Positions 47,584-57,978 are shown, numbered from the stretch's first letter. The stretch: DNA of 64,000 nucleotides from Minisyncoccia bacterium (GCA_964229335.1 CAXRCZ010000004.1:128001-192000), one strand, 5' to 3'. Program-made: numbers and translations. The notes: generated by a model from the letters alone, not told the origin.

Positions 47584-48291
47584 ATGGACCAAAAAATGAA
47601 AGAGCAACTGTACCCCATACTTATCCTCTTAGGGATTTGTGCGGTACTCGTTGCTGCGATAGCGTGGTGGGTTAATAGTGATACTACCGAACCAGTAGTA
47701 GAACTAACCAATGATGATGAGCTCCCAGCACCGCTAAGTCCAGAACAATTAGCAGCCTATGATGAAGATATGGTAAATGATAATAATCCAGTTGTCGTAC
47801 TAGATACAACAGCTGGCCAAATTGAAATAGAGTTATACGAAGACCGAATGCCAATTACAGCCGGTAACTTCAAAAAATTAGTAAATGAGGGTTTCTATGA
47901 TAGCACAAAGTTCCATCGAGTGATTGAAGGCTTCATGATCCAAGGGGGAGACCCAATTACAAAAACAGACGAAGTACTACGATATGGTACCGGTGGCCCA
48001 GGGTATTCAATCCCAGATGAACATATTAAGGGAGATAATTTGACCAATGTTCGCGGCACCATCTCAATGGCTAACAGCGGCCCAAATAGTGGCGGTAGTC
48101 AGTTCTTTATCAATCTTGTCGACAATACCAGTCTAGACTTTGACAAACAACCACTCAGTTCAAAGCATCCAGTCTTTGGGAAAGTGATTGGTGGTATGGA
48201 TATAGTAGATGAGATTGGTTCTACCGAAACCAATGCTCGTGATTTACCGGTAGAGGACATCAGTATTACCGCGGCTACTATTCGTGAATAA
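47584..48291 (+). CDS. Cyclophilin-type peptidyl-prolyl isomerase, membrane-anchored
   Basis: FHRVIEGFMIQGGD, SMANSG, SQFFIN. Confidence 0.95.
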   Translation: MDQKMKEQLYPILILLGICAVLVAAIAWWVNSDTTEPVVELTNDDELPAPLSPEQLAAYDEDMVNDNNPVVVLDTTAGQIEIELYEDRMPITAGNFKKLVNEGFYDSTKFHRVIEGFMIQGGDPITKTDEVLRYGTGGPGYSIPDEHIKGDNLTNVRGTISMANSGPNSGGSQFFINLVDNTSLDFDKQPLSSKHPVFGKVIGGMDIVDEIGSTETNARDLPVEDISITAATIRE

Positions 48292-48343
48292 TAGAAATAA
48301 ATAATCACTGCTTTAATACTAGTATTAAAGCAGTGGTTCCCAA

Positions 48344-48384
48344 GATACAAAAAGCCCGACCTATAAGGTCGGGTTTTTTGTATC
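48344..48384. terminator. Bidirectional terminator
   Basis: GATACAAAAAGCCCGACCT-ATA-AGGTCGGGTTTTTTGTATC. Confidence 0.85.
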
Positions 48385-48393
48385 AAAGTGATG

Positions 48394-48672
48394 TTACGAA
48401 GTCACTACGTCGACGGTCTTTTTCTTGACTACTTTTCCGTTGAAGCGAACTTTTCGAGCGTCACGGAAAGAAACCACGCCCTCATTGAGTGCAAAGATAG
48501 TGTGGTCACGACCAACTTTAGTGTTCTTACCAGCTTCAATTTTGGTCCCTCGTTGCCGAACGATGATTTGACCAGTTTTCACTGATTGACCATCCGCACG
48601 CTTTACACCAAGGTATTTTGGCTGAGAATCACGTAGGTTCTTTGACGAACCGGCTGATTTTTTGGTTGACAT
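48394..48672 (-). CDS. rpmA: 50S ribosomal protein L27
   Basis: [27 protein letters not shown]. Confidence 0.96.
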   Translation of the reverse strand: MSTKKSAGSSKNLRDSQPKYLGVKRADGQSVKTGQIIVRQRGTKIEAGKNTKVGRDHTIFALNEGVVSFRDARKVRFNGKVVKKKTVDVVTS

Positions 48673-48735
48673 AGTGGTATCGTATAATGAGTTAATCTAA
48701 TTAGGCGTGGCCTAGTGGTGGCGAGTATACGATAT

Positions 48736-49098
48736 ATGTGGGAAAAATTCAAGCACTATATCTCCGATGATGCGGTTTTCTATACGGTAGCGATTCTGCT
48801 GGTGGGTATATGCTCATTTGGGCTGGGGAGGATGTCAGCAGAGCCGTCAACAAGGGAAAATACCATTGAAATCATTCCGCCACCAGAACTGGTACCATAC
48901 AACCAAGCGTCAGCCGTACAGGCTACTACAAATAACGAAATAGGTGTGGTAGTAGCTTCAAAATCAGGCACCAAATATCATTTACCAGACTGTCCCGGCG
49001 CAAAGCAGATAAAGGAGTCCAATCTTATCTCATTTTCATCCATTGCCGCCGCCAAAGCCGCCGGCTACACCGCCGCAGCAAATTGCCCAGGACTTTAG
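48736..49098 (+). CDS. Membrane protein with Ada-like metal-binding domain
   Basis: SFGLGR TM; SKSGTKYHLPDC...GY...NC. Confidence 0.75.
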   Translation: MWEKFKHYISDDAVFYTVAILLVGICSFGLGRMSAEPSTRENTIEIIPPPELVPYNQASAVQATTNNEIGVVVASKSGTKYHLPDCPGAKQIKESNLISFSSIAAAKAAGYTAAANCPGL

Positions 49099-49285
49099 CG
49101 ATATATAAAAGTTAGAACATCATCCCACACGCTGAACACACGATCATAGCTGTGTTTGACAACGAAAGTTAGTTTGAGTCCTGTCGAGCTCTATAATTCG
49201 ATGCAGAACCATTTTCAAAACTTTAGATTCCCTAAGCACTCTAATTTATTGATAAAATTAAGAAAAATCGTATAGTAAAGATAAT

Positions 49286-49879
49286 ATGAAAAATCTTATC
49301 ATTCTATTCATTGTATCTATCGCCATCAGTCCTAGTTTTGCTGATGCGAGAGTATACGAAGAAAATTCTAAATATAGTGGATCTAAATCTTATTTGACTG
49401 AGGAAAAGGTAGATGAGTGGAAGTATAAGCTTCAGTCATACGGTGTGTACGATTTTGACTTTGACTCAAATAAGGACATTCCTGTTTCGGATTTAGAAGA
49501 AATAATAGACGATAGCATTAAGGAAAGATTGGACATCATTCGTGACTGTAATGAGTATGAAATCTACGAAAGACCAGTTGGACGTGTCTTCAGTGTAAAT
49601 TTTACGTCTAATAGCAAACGTGAAGAAATAGCACAAGCCATAGATTTTGTTGCGAATAAATATAACGTTACACAAGAGCAGATTGCAGATTTTACAAATA
49701 CCAGGTTCTTTTTAGTGTGTCTTCCCACTGAAAACGATATCGAGGAAAGGGTTAACAATCGCTTAGAAAACTCTGAAAAAGAAGTAAAAATGGAACGAAG
49801 TAGAGCAGAAATGCTTGCGCTTATAATTGATCTCATGAAACAACTAGAGGCTCTTAAAGCGAGATTGGGAATCCAATAA
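49286..49879 (+). CDS. Secreted hypothetical protein
   Basis: Signal peptide; C-terminal coiled coil LIIDLMKQLEAL. Confidence 0.65.
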   Translation: MKNLIILFIVSIAISPSFADARVYEENSKYSGSKSYLTEEKVDEWKYKLQSYGVYDFDFDSNKDIPVSDLEEIIDDSIKERLDIIRDCNEYEIYERPVGRVFSVNFTSNSKREEIAQAIDFVANKYNVTQEQIADFTNTRFFLVCLPTENDIEERVNNRLENSEKEVKMERSRAEMLALIIDLMKQLEALKARLGIQ

Positions 49880-50027
49880 GTAGCGTTAATGATTTGTAAG
49901 TTTGCTATCAAGCAGTCTCCACCAAATCATTAGTTGAGTTCGAATATCACCTCGCAAGCGGAGCAGTATAAAGAAACACTCCGGTTTATTTTCTTGTTAA
50001 ATAAATTATGGTGGGTATAGTAGTTTT

Positions 50028-51281
50028 GTGAAGAAAAGCAATCGGCAAATTTGGGACGTGATTGTGGTGGGCGGTGGCCCAGCCGGGATGATGGCGGCGG
50101 CGCGGGCTAGTGCACGCGGGCGCAGTGTTTTGTTATTGGAGAAAAACAAGCGCTTAGGTAAGAAACTATCTATCACCGGTGGCGGGCGGTGTAATGTGAC
50201 TAATAACACTCTTGAGGTGCGAGCGATGTTGGCTAACTATAAAGAGGCTGGTAAATTTTTGTTTTCTACTTTTTCCCAGCACGCGGTGTCAGATACGATT
50301 GATTGGTTTGAGCGTAGGGGAGTTGGGGTAAAAGAAGAGAATGACGGCCGTCTTTTCCCTGAAAGTGAATCAGCGGAAACCATTTGCGCAGTACTTGAGG
50401 CAGAACTTAAAAAAACTGGCGTGCAAGTAAAGCTAAAGACAGTCGTAAAAACTATCAGTTTTGACGCGGAGGATGAACTATTTACCATATCCCTTAACAA
50501 CGGCGACATAGCAACTGGAAAGAATTGCATTATTGCTACTGGCGGGACATCGCGACCAGAAACTGGCTCTACCGGAGAAGGGTTCAGGTGGCTCAAAGAG
50601 CTTGGTCATACGGTCACAGAGAATGACTTCTCTCTGGTTCCTGTTGCGCTAAAAGAGCGATGGGTATCAGAACTAAGTGGGATTACCTTACTCGAGATGA
50701 AAATCAGTTTGTATACAGATGACATTAAACAGCACTCTACTACAGGGAAGATATTATTTACCCACACGGGACTAAGTGGACCAACTATACTGAACATGAG
50801 TAGTCAGATAGGGGAGTTTCTACAGTACAGTCGAGTGACAGTAGAGCTGGATTTATTTCCGACCCTGAATGAGGGAGAGTTACGTCAATATTTGAATACT
50901 CTGCTAGCAGAATCCTCTAATAAAAAAGTTTTAAATACGCTTACTAGCGATATACCTAAAGCGCTGGCTAGAGTGATATTAGAACAACTAGCTATCGATA
51001 TAGATACTCCAGGACACAGTTTGAGAGCCGAAGATAGAGCCAGATTGGTTCAGTTTTTGAAACATTTGCGTTTAGAAGTGAAGGGACTGCTAGGAGCTAA
51101 CAAAGCGGTAATCTCAAGCGGTGGAGTAAAATTAGAAGAGGTTGATTTCAAAACCATGGGTTCAAGGATTGTTCCTGGACTACATGTAGTAGGTGATGTG
51201 TTAGATATTGACCGACCATCAGGTGGTTATAGTTTACAACTGTGTTGGAGCACCGGTTGGGTGGCTGGAAACCATGTATAG
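50028..51281 (+). CDS. HI0933/BaiN family flavoprotein
   Basis: GGGPAGM, GGGRCNVTN, FTHTGLSGP, GGYSLQ. Confidence 0.93.
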   Translation: MKKSNRQIWDVIVVGGGPAGMMAAARASARGRSVLLLEKNKRLGKKLSITGGGRCNVTNNTLEVRAMLANYKEAGKFLFSTFSQHAVSDTIDWFERRGVGVKEENDGRLFPESESAETICAVLEAELKKTGVQVKLKTVVKTISFDAEDELFTISLNNGDIATGKNCIIATGGTSRPETGSTGEGFRWLKELGHTVTENDFSLVPVALKERWVSELSGITLLEMKISLYTDDIKQHSTTGKILFTHTGLSGPTILNMSSQIGEFLQYSRVTVELDLFPTLNEGELRQYLNTLLAESSNKKVLNTLTSDIPKALARVILEQLAIDIDTPGHSLRAEDRARLVQFLKHLRLEVKGLLGANKAVISSGGVKLEEVDFKTMGSRIVPGLHVVGDVLDIDRPSGGYSLQLCWSTGWVAGNHV

Positions 51282-51314
51282 AAGAAGTTTGTCTCAACAT
51301 GGTAAAATTTCTCT

Positions 51315-51905
51315 ATGCTAGTACTAGATGTTGAGTCCAGTGGTTTGAGCGCGGAAAAGAACTCCATTGTTTCTTTAGGAGCGCTTGATTTATCAAATCC
51401 TACCAATCGCTTTTATGCCGAGTGCCGCGTGTGGGATGGAGCGGAGATTTCGGATGAGGCCTTGGAAGTTAATGGCTTCATAAAGGAAGAGATCACTGAC
51501 CCAAACAAGATGACCGAAAGTGAATTAATCCGGAATTTTATTGACTGGTCACAGAACTTAGAAAATCGCACGATGTTAGGACAAAATGTGTCCTTTGACC
51601 GCGATATGACCAAGGCAGCAGCATTGCGTGGTGGATGGGATTGGAATTTTGCTCATAGAACTATCGACACCCATACTTTGTGCTGGCTACATCACCTGAA
51701 TCACAACCTGACTCCACCAGTAGATACAGAACACAAACGAAGCGCTCTTAACTTAGATAAAATTCTCAACTACTGCGGTATTCCAGAAGAACCAAAACCA
51801 CACAATGCTTTAACCGGAGCCCTGTGTCATGCTGAAGTCGCTGCGCGATTAATGTATAACAAGCCACTTCTCCCCGAATTCGAAGCCTATCCCATCCCGT
51901 GGTAA
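51315..51905 (+). CDS. DEDDh-like 3'-5' exonuclease
   Basis: LDVESSG, NVSFD, IDT, HNAL. Confidence 0.85.
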   Translation: MLVLDVESSGLSAEKNSIVSLGALDLSNPTNRFYAECRVWDGAEISDEALEVNGFIKEEITDPNKMTESELIRNFIDWSQNLENRTMLGQNVSFDRDMTKAAALRGGWDWNFAHRTIDTHTLCWLHHLNHNLTPPVDTEHKRSALNLDKILNYCGIPEEPKPHNALTGALCHAEVAARLMYNKPLLPEFEAYPIPW

Positions 51906-51928
51906 TACCACGATGCTACAATAGAAGC

Positions 51929-52672
51929 ATGTTGGGTAAAAAAAAGAAGAAATATCATATAAAGTCTATTTCTCCGAATACCTGTAGGATTGTCGATGAG
52001 TTACTCGACCCTAAAGGGCGCGATAGCGACGCGATTCAATCTTGGAGAGTGTTTCGAGTGATGGCAGAGTTTGTACAAGGATTTGAACTATTACGAGAAC
52101 ACAATCTCGCTGCTACCTTCTGGGGTAGTGCTCGCACAGAACCAGGAAATGAATACTATAAAGCAGCTGAGGAGCTGGCTGCTAAACTGGCCAAGAAAAA
52201 ATTCTCAATTATTTCCGGCGGGGCCGCTGGCATCATGGAAGCGTCCAATGTGGGAGCCTATAAGGTGGGTGGAAAGTCAGTCGGATTAAACATTACTCTA
52301 CCGCACGAGCAAAAACTCAATCCATACACCACCGAATCATTAAATTTTGATTTCTTCTTTGCTCGCAAGGTCATGCTAGCGTTTGCGTCTGAAGTGTATG
52401 TTTATTTTCCAGGCGGGTTTGGTACCCTAGATGAATTCTTTGAAATCATTACGCTCATCCAAACCAAAAAGATTGAACCAATTCCGATTGTTCTTTACGG
52501 AAAAGAGTACTGGGAACCATTCATCCGCATCTTTGAAAAACAATTACTTAAAAAATTCAAAACTATCAGTCCAGAGGATATGGAATTGTTCCACCTTGTC
52601 GATAGTGTAGACGAGGCTTACAAATACATTATGAAGCATGTCGATACCAAAAAAGTCTCGAGACAAATGTAA
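51929..52672 (+). CDS. LOG family (TIGR00730-type) protein
   Basis: GSAR, FFARK, PGGFGTLDE. Confidence 0.92.
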   Translation: MLGKKKKKYHIKSISPNTCRIVDELLDPKGRDSDAIQSWRVFRVMAEFVQGFELLREHNLAATFWGSARTEPGNEYYKAAEELAAKLAKKKFSIISGGAAGIMEASNVGAYKVGGKSVGLNITLPHEQKLNPYTTESLNFDFFFARKVMLAFASEVYVYFPGGFGTLDEFFEIITLIQTKKIEPIPIVLYGKEYWEPFIRIFEKQLLKKFKTISPEDMELFHLVDSVDEAYKYIMKHVDTKKVSRQM

Positions 52673-52673
52673 T

Positions 52674-53924
52674 ATGCAACTTTCTTTTTCGGACAATGAT
52701 ACTGCGGCACCAGAGATAGTTACTAAAAAACTAAAAAAATTAAATAGCTATCGCCAGGATGTAGCTGAAATTCAAAAAAAGCGTAAGAAAAGCGCTCCTG
52801 AATACGCGTTAGTGCACGCTGCTGATGCAAAACTGAGCAAGCAAATCCATGAAATTCAACAAGATTTCAAAACAGTAAAACATTTGGTTCTAATTGGCAT
52901 CGGTGGCTCTAGTTTAGGTACTGAAGCCATTCATCATGTAGTAGGGGAGAAGGGAGTGCGATTGCATGTAATAGATGAGATTGCACCCTATAAAATTGCT
53001 GACACACTAAAAAAACTACGCTCGGTCAAGAAAGTTGAACAGATAGCCGTTTGTGTGATTAGTAAATCAGGTACCACTACCGAGACTGTCACTAATGCTG
53101 CGGTAGTGCTCGAGCAGCTAGCAGATAAGTTTGGCAAGAACATATATAAACAAACTCTCTTTATTGGAGATTCTGGCTCTCCATTACTACGGGTCGGAAA
53201 GACCATGGGTGGACGCTGTATCTCAACTACAAAAAATATCGGCGGTCGCTTTTCTGTCGGAACTGAGACAGCCCTGGTACCGCTCGCTATCTTGGGTCAT
53301 GACATTGATAGTTTTATAAACGGATTTAGTGACAGCTATAATAAGCAATTCGAAGAAATTTCTGCTGCCAGTGCCGCGCGAATTAGTGCATACTTAGAAA
53401 GCGAGTATAAACACTACAATTTCTTTGTTTTTGACTCTAGGCTTGAACCACTCGGTCACTGGTACCGACAATTGTCTGCTGAAAGTTTAGGTAAAGCAAA
53501 AAAAATAAATGGTAAAAAACATACCAGTGTAATGGTTCCAGCTGTAAATACAGCCACCGAACTACATTCAACTGGACAGTTATATATGAGTGGCGTGCCA
53601 GCTACCTATACTGATATTGTGACCTTTGACGATGAGTATGATTACGAAATACCAGATACCATTGTGGCTAAGAAGTATTCTAGCTTTACCCAAGCTGAAG
53701 TTGCGGTCGCTATATATGCCGGGGTGATAAAGACGTATCAGGAACTAGGTCTGCCATACCGAACTACTGCCTTTACTGAAAATCTAACGTATTCACTTGG
53801 CTTATTTATGGGTATGCGTATGCGAGAAATCATGTATATCGCTAACTTACAAAATATCGATGCGTTCACTCAACCAAATGTAGAAATGTATAAAACCACT
53901 ACTCGAAAAATACTAAACATATGA
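52674..53924 (+). CDS. pgi: Glucose-6-phosphate isomerase
   Basis: GIGGSSLG, SKSGTT.ET, GGRFS, AESLGK, QPNVEMYK. Confidence 0.9.
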   Translation: MQLSFSDNDTAAPEIVTKKLKKLNSYRQDVAEIQKKRKKSAPEYALVHAADAKLSKQIHEIQQDFKTVKHLVLIGIGGSSLGTEAIHHVVGEKGVRLHVIDEIAPYKIADTLKKLRSVKKVEQIAVCVISKSGTTTETVTNAAVVLEQLADKFGKNIYKQTLFIGDSGSPLLRVGKTMGGRCISTTKNIGGRFSVGTETALVPLAILGHDIDSFINGFSDSYNKQFEEISAASAARISAYLESEYKHYNFFVFDSRLEPLGHWYRQLSAESLGKAKKINGKKHTSVMVPAVNTATELHSTGQLYMSGVPATYTDIVTFDDEYDYEIPDTIVAKKYSSFTQAEVAVAIYAGVIKTYQELGLPYRTTAFTENLTYSLGLFMGMRMREIMYIANLQNIDAFTQPNVEMYKTTTRKILNI

Positions 53925-54772
53925 CGTATATAGTTTTTGACATTGGAGGTACGCATACGCGAGTCGGCGTAAGTTCTTATCTTGCCACATTAGAAAAGGT
54001 AAAATCATTCAAAACACCAACGCAATTCAGCGAAGGTATACAAAAAATCAAAAAAACAATCGAAGAATTAAGTGAAGACAAACCGGTTGCCATTGCAGGA
54101 GGAATCAGAGGTTTGCTTAACGAAGAAAAAACTGGCATCCAAAACGACGGTATTCTTAGTAAATGGGCGAGTAAGTCCGTAGTGAATGAGTTACAAAGAC
54201 TCTATGACGTGCCAGTTTTTTTGGAGAATGACGCTGCTATCGCTGGAGTAGGGGAAGCAACTTTTGGGGCGGGTAAAGGAATGGAGATTGTGGCATACCA
54301 CACAGTTAGTACTGGGGTAGGAGGGGCAAAAATAGAAGACGGAGATATTGACCATGTCAGTATGGGATTTGAACCTGGGCACCAATTGATTGACGTAGAC
54401 AGAACGGTGTTAGGTGAAGATATGATTCCTACTCTTGAAAACTTAGTTTCAGGCACTGCTGTTGAAACTAGAACTGGTCACAAGCCGTATGACATACCCC
54501 AAAGTGACGTGTTGTGGGATGAACTCGCTGAATATCTAGCACAAGGACTCTGTAACACTATTATGTACTGGTCGCCTGATGTGATTGTGCTCGGTGGATC
54601 AATGATTTTGGGCGATCCAAAAATAAAAATTGAGGCTATTCGTAAATATACCGTCGAAGCATTGAATGATTTTCAACCATGTCCGCTTATCACGAACGCT
54701 ACTTTAGGCGATGAAGCTGGTTTGTATGGAGGGCTAGCAATAATATCTAAAAGGCACGTAAATAAAGAGTAA
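53921..54772 (+). CDS. ROK family sugar kinase
   Basis: DIGGT, LENDA, STGVGG, EPGH. Confidence 0.9.
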   Translation: MTYIVFDIGGTHTRVGVSSYLATLEKVKSFKTPTQFSEGIQKIKKTIEELSEDKPVAIAGGIRGLLNEEKTGIQNDGILSKWASKSVVNELQRLYDVPVFLENDAAIAGVGEATFGAGKGMEIVAYHTVSTGVGGAKIEDGDIDHVSMGFEPGHQLIDVDRTVLGEDMIPTLENLVSGTAVETRTGHKPYDIPQSDVLWDELAEYLAQGLCNTIMYWSPDVIVLGGSMILGDPKIKIEAIRKYTVEALNDFQPCPLITNATLGDEAGLYGGLAIISKRHVNKE

Positions 54773-54796
54773 CTTAGTTGTAATAAGGCATAATTG

Positions 54797-54825
54797 TTGA
54801 CAAAATACTTAAAATATGCTATAGT
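54797..54825 (+). promoter_or_regulatory. Sigma70 promoter
   Basis: TTGACA-17 bp-TATAGT with TG extension. Confidence 0.8.
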
Positions 54826-54916
54826 AATAATCTACCGCATTTCGTGTTATGATTTTGCGGTCATCGGTGTTCCACCGATGTTTGTTCGTTAAGACCATTG
54901 GCTTATTTTATCGACT

Positions 54917-55384
54917 GTGATTGTAGCCCTGTTTGCGGGAGCAGCCGTTTCGACGGTTCAGGTTCCAGAAACAGCCTACGGACACATTGCGTTGACAGAA
55001 GAGGTAGTGGCCGAGGAACGGGAGTTGGCTGTACATCGTGCAGCAAACACTCCTTCTAAACATTCGGTTCAGAACACAGAAGCCATTGTACGATCTTACT
55101 TCGATGACATTCCAGTCATGATTGAGATTGCACGGTGTGAATCTACTTTCCGTCATACATTAGGTGACGGCTCGATCCTTCGGGGTCGAGTCGATGCAGC
55201 AGACACTGGGGTGATGCAAATTAACTTGCGTTACCACAGCAAGTCAGCTACCGCAATGAACTTGAACCTAGAAAATATCTACGACAACATGGCTTACGCA
55301 CGCCACTTGTATGAGACCCAAGGGACTCAGCCATGGAGTGCATCATCTCCATGTTGGAATAGACAATTAGCTTCAAACATCTAA
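54917..55384 (+). CDS. Lysozyme-like/lytic transglycosylase domain protein
   Basis: IARCES, GVMQIN, N..YA..LY...G..PW; start codon uncertain. Confidence 0.8.
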   Translation: MIVALFAGAAVSTVQVPETAYGHIALTEEVVAEERELAVHRAANTPSKHSVQNTEAIVRSYFDDIPVMIEIARCESTFRHTLGDGSILRGRVDAADTGVMQINLRYHSKSATAMNLNLENIYDNMAYARHLYETQGTQPWSASSPCWNRQLASNI

Positions 55385-55385
55385 G

Positions 55386-55416
55386 CAAAAAGAGCGGCCT
55401 TCGGCCGCTCTTTTTG
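55386..55416 (+). terminator. Intrinsic terminator
   Basis: CAAAAAGAGCGGCC-TTC-GGCCGCTCTTTTTG. Confidence 0.85.
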
Positions 55417-55452
55417 TTATACTGTTTTACAGTACTAATAATAATATTTTTT

Positions 55453-55761
55453 ATGGAAACACCAAAACAACCCTATACTAAAGAAAATAGTATTGAGTGG
55501 TACAAGCCCATTGATAGAATAAACTTTACAGACCATATAGTTGATCAAATTAGTAAACTTTCTCCTGAAAAAAGTGAAAAATTCAAAGAGATTATTACTA
55601 ATGGTGAAGATGTAAATTTGAGAGATGTTGTGCTAATACTCGTATCGGAAGGTTATCAAGATGAATTACCCGCCATAGTAGAGAATTTTGAAAACGCTGA
55701 GGATGGTTCTGAAGAGGAGAATCAGACTATAGAAAGAGTTCGTGAAATGATTAATTTCTAG
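55453..55761 (+). CDS. Hypothetical acidic protein
   Basis: ORF between two terminators. Confidence 0.5.
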   Translation: METPKQPYTKENSIEWYKPIDRINFTDHIVDQISKLSPEKSEKFKEIITNGEDVNLRDVVLILVSEGYQDELPAIVENFENAEDGSEEENQTIERVREMINF

Positions 55762-55772
55762 CCTACCTAGAC

Positions 55773-55805
55773 AGTAAAAAAGCGGCACCAAGCCGCTTTT
55801 TTACT
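55773..55805. terminator. Bidirectional terminator
   Basis: AGTAAAAAAGCGGC...GCCGCTTTTTTACT. Confidence 0.8.
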
Positions 55806-55819
55806 TGGTAGATAAGATC

Positions 55820-56239
55820 CTAGTTTTCTTCTTCGTTCCCAGTGACATTGGTGCCACCTGGACCAAAAGCCAGGACATATAGTAGACCTCCAACGATAGC
55901 AAGGTTTTTAAGTGCTGCCGTCATTTGCATCTGGTCAGTGAAATCCATGTGTGCAATGAGAGTTGCAATTAAAGTAAAGAGGATTAAAGCTGCTGCAGCT
56001 GGGGCAATAAATCGTCCGATAATTAACGCACCACCACCAATAATTTTTACAGCCAGTACTAGTACTGCGGCTAAGTAAGGGAAGGGTAATCCGTACATCA
56101 TCATCATTTCACCTACACCAACTATTCCTTGTGTAAGTAACATAGCCAGTCCTGATACAAAAAATAGTAAGCCCAACAAAGCTCGGCCTAGTTTTGAACC
56201 TTTGGTGCGAATCAGTTCAATATGAGAGTCGCGAAACAT
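55820..56239 (-). CDS. DoxX family membrane protein
   Basis: GRALLGLLF, KNLAIVGGLL. Confidence 0.88.
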   Translation of the reverse strand: MFRDSHIELIRTKGSKLGRALLGLLFFVSGLAMLLTQGIVGVGEMMMMYGLPFPYLAAVLVLAVKIIGGGALIIGRFIAPAAAALILFTLIATLIAHMDFTDQMQMTAALKNLAIVGGLLYVLAFGPGGTNVTGNEEEN

Positions 56240-56309
56240 AAATACATCTATTTAATTATTGATAACTATCAGAATTATAGCAATTTAATAAGGTATACTG
56301 AACAATATT

Positions 56310-56768
56310 ATGCAGTACTGGCTACTCAAGAATGAACCTGAATGCTATAGCATAAAAGACTTAAAAAATGACAAAACCACCGACTGGACTGGGGTAAGGA
56401 ACTATCAGGCCAGAAATTTTATGTGTGACATGAAAGTGGGTGATAAAGCTCTTTTTTATCATTCTAAAGCTGGAGATGAAACTGGGGTAGTGGGGGAGAT
56501 GAAGGTTTCAAGACCTGCCTTTCCTGACCCGACTCAGTTTGATAAAAAAAGTGAGTATTACGACAGTAAAGCTACAAAAGCAGAGCCACGTTGGTGGTGT
56601 GTAGAAGTAAAATATGTAAGCGAACTACCACGATTAGTCAGTCTGAAAGAACTCAAAAATGATCCTACGTTCTCCAACATGACGGTGGTCAAAAAAGGGA
56701 ATCGCTTATCAATAATGCCAGTCAGCAAGGAGCACTACGATAGCATAGTGAGTCTGAGTAAAGAGTAG
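56310..56768 (+). CDS. EVE domain protein
   Basis: YWLLKNEP, WTGVRNYQARN, FYHS, RLSI. Confidence 0.93.
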   Translation: MQYWLLKNEPECYSIKDLKNDKTTDWTGVRNYQARNFMCDMKVGDKALFYHSKAGDETGVVGEMKVSRPAFPDPTQFDKKSEYYDSKATKAEPRWWCVEVKYVSELPRLVSLKELKNDPTFSNMTVVKKGNRLSIMPVSKEHYDSIVSLSKE

Positions 56769-56769
56769 T

Positions 56770-57978
56770 ATGAACGGAAAAGTAAAAGAAATTATCAAGT
56801 ATCCGCATAAGCGTTTGACTAAGCAAGAAAGAGGATTTATCCGCCTATTTATTTCGAAGAGATTGTTACAGGGCGCTGCAATGGCGATTTTGGGTATTTT
56901 TGTGCCGATATTCATCTATGAAAATACCGGCATGCAGTTTTATATTGTTGGTCTCTACTACGCTTTTCTTTCTATTAGTTATGTAGTGTTATTACCGCCA
57001 GCAATGAAGATTACAAATCGACTAGGTTTTAGTCACACGTTAGTGCTCGGTGGTATTTTCTACATTCTTACCTACAGTCTTATGTACTTGGCAGCTGAGC
57101 AAAGTCTATGGATTTACTTACCTTTTTTAACGATGGCTATTATTGGCCTCCGACTTTTCCATTGGGTGCCGTATCACGTTGATTTTGCTTTATTTACGAG
57201 TAAGGGAGCGCGAGGTAGACAACTGAGTCTGTCGATGGCTACAATTGCTTTTATGGGTGTGATTGGCCCAATTTTGGCTGGATTTATCATCTCTGAGGCA
57301 GGGTACGACGCGCTGTTTGCCACTGCTGTAGCACTCTTGGTTGCAGCAACCATTTCCTACGCGTACGTGCCCGAAACTCGGACAAAATTTACATGGACAG
57401 CGAGGCAGACCTGGAAGAAGCTATTCTCCCGTGATAATAGGGGTATTATGGTGGGAGAGTTTGCTAATGGAGCTGAAACAGCAGTGAACCTTATTGTGTG
57501 GCCAATCTTTCTATATGTCATATTAGATGGAGATGTATTTGAGATTGGTGCAGTATCTACATTTGTAGTTGGTGCAACTATCATTTTGCAGCTATTACTT
57601 GGTAAATATTTGGACTCACCATTACATTCGAAAGAAAAAACATTACGAGCGGGAAGCGCTCTATACGCTCTTGGTTGGATATTTAAGATATTTGTACTAT
57701 CTACGGCACAAGTATTTTTTGTCGGTTTATATCACAATATCGTTAAGATTTTTACCTCAACACCGTTCGGCACCATCATTTATGACACCACTGCAGAACA
57801 GGGTCGTTATGCCGATGAATTCACCGTTATTAGGGAAATGTCTCAGCACTCTGGTCGAGCTCTCAGTTTAATCATTATTGCTGGGCTGTCGTTATTAATC
57901 CCAATTGAATGGACTTTTATTATTGCTGCCGTGGCTTCAATTGCTCTTAATGCAGTGTATCGAGTACACCACTCATAA
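56770..57978 (+). CDS. MFS transporter
   Basis: About 12 TMs in two halves; GPILAG. Confidence 0.8.
   Translation: MNGKVKEIIKYPHKRLTKQERGFIRLFISKRLLQGAAMAILGIFVPIFIYENTGMQFYIVGLYYAFLSISYVVLLPPAMKITNRLGFSHTLVLGGIFYILTYSLMYLAAEQSLWIYLPFLTMAIIGLRLFHWVPYHVDFALFTSKGARGRQLSLSMATIAFMGVIGPILAGFIISEAGYDALFATAVALLVAATISYAYVPETRTKFTWTARQTWKKLFSRDNRGIMVGEFANGAETAVNLIVWPIFLYVILDGDVFEIGAVSTFVVGATIILQLLLGKYLDSPLHSKEKTLRAGSALYALGWIFKIFVLSTAQVFFVGLYHNIVKIFTSTPFGTIIYDTTAEQGRYADEFTVIREMSQHSGRALSLIIIAGLSLLIPIEWTFIIAAVASIALNAVYRVHHS

Noticed and set aside
49100-49285. Possible ncRNA (short stems, GAAA loop); also a GTTCGAAT T-loop-like 8-mer near 49938
   Set aside because: Stems are short and imperfect, and no cloverleaf or known consensus could be built
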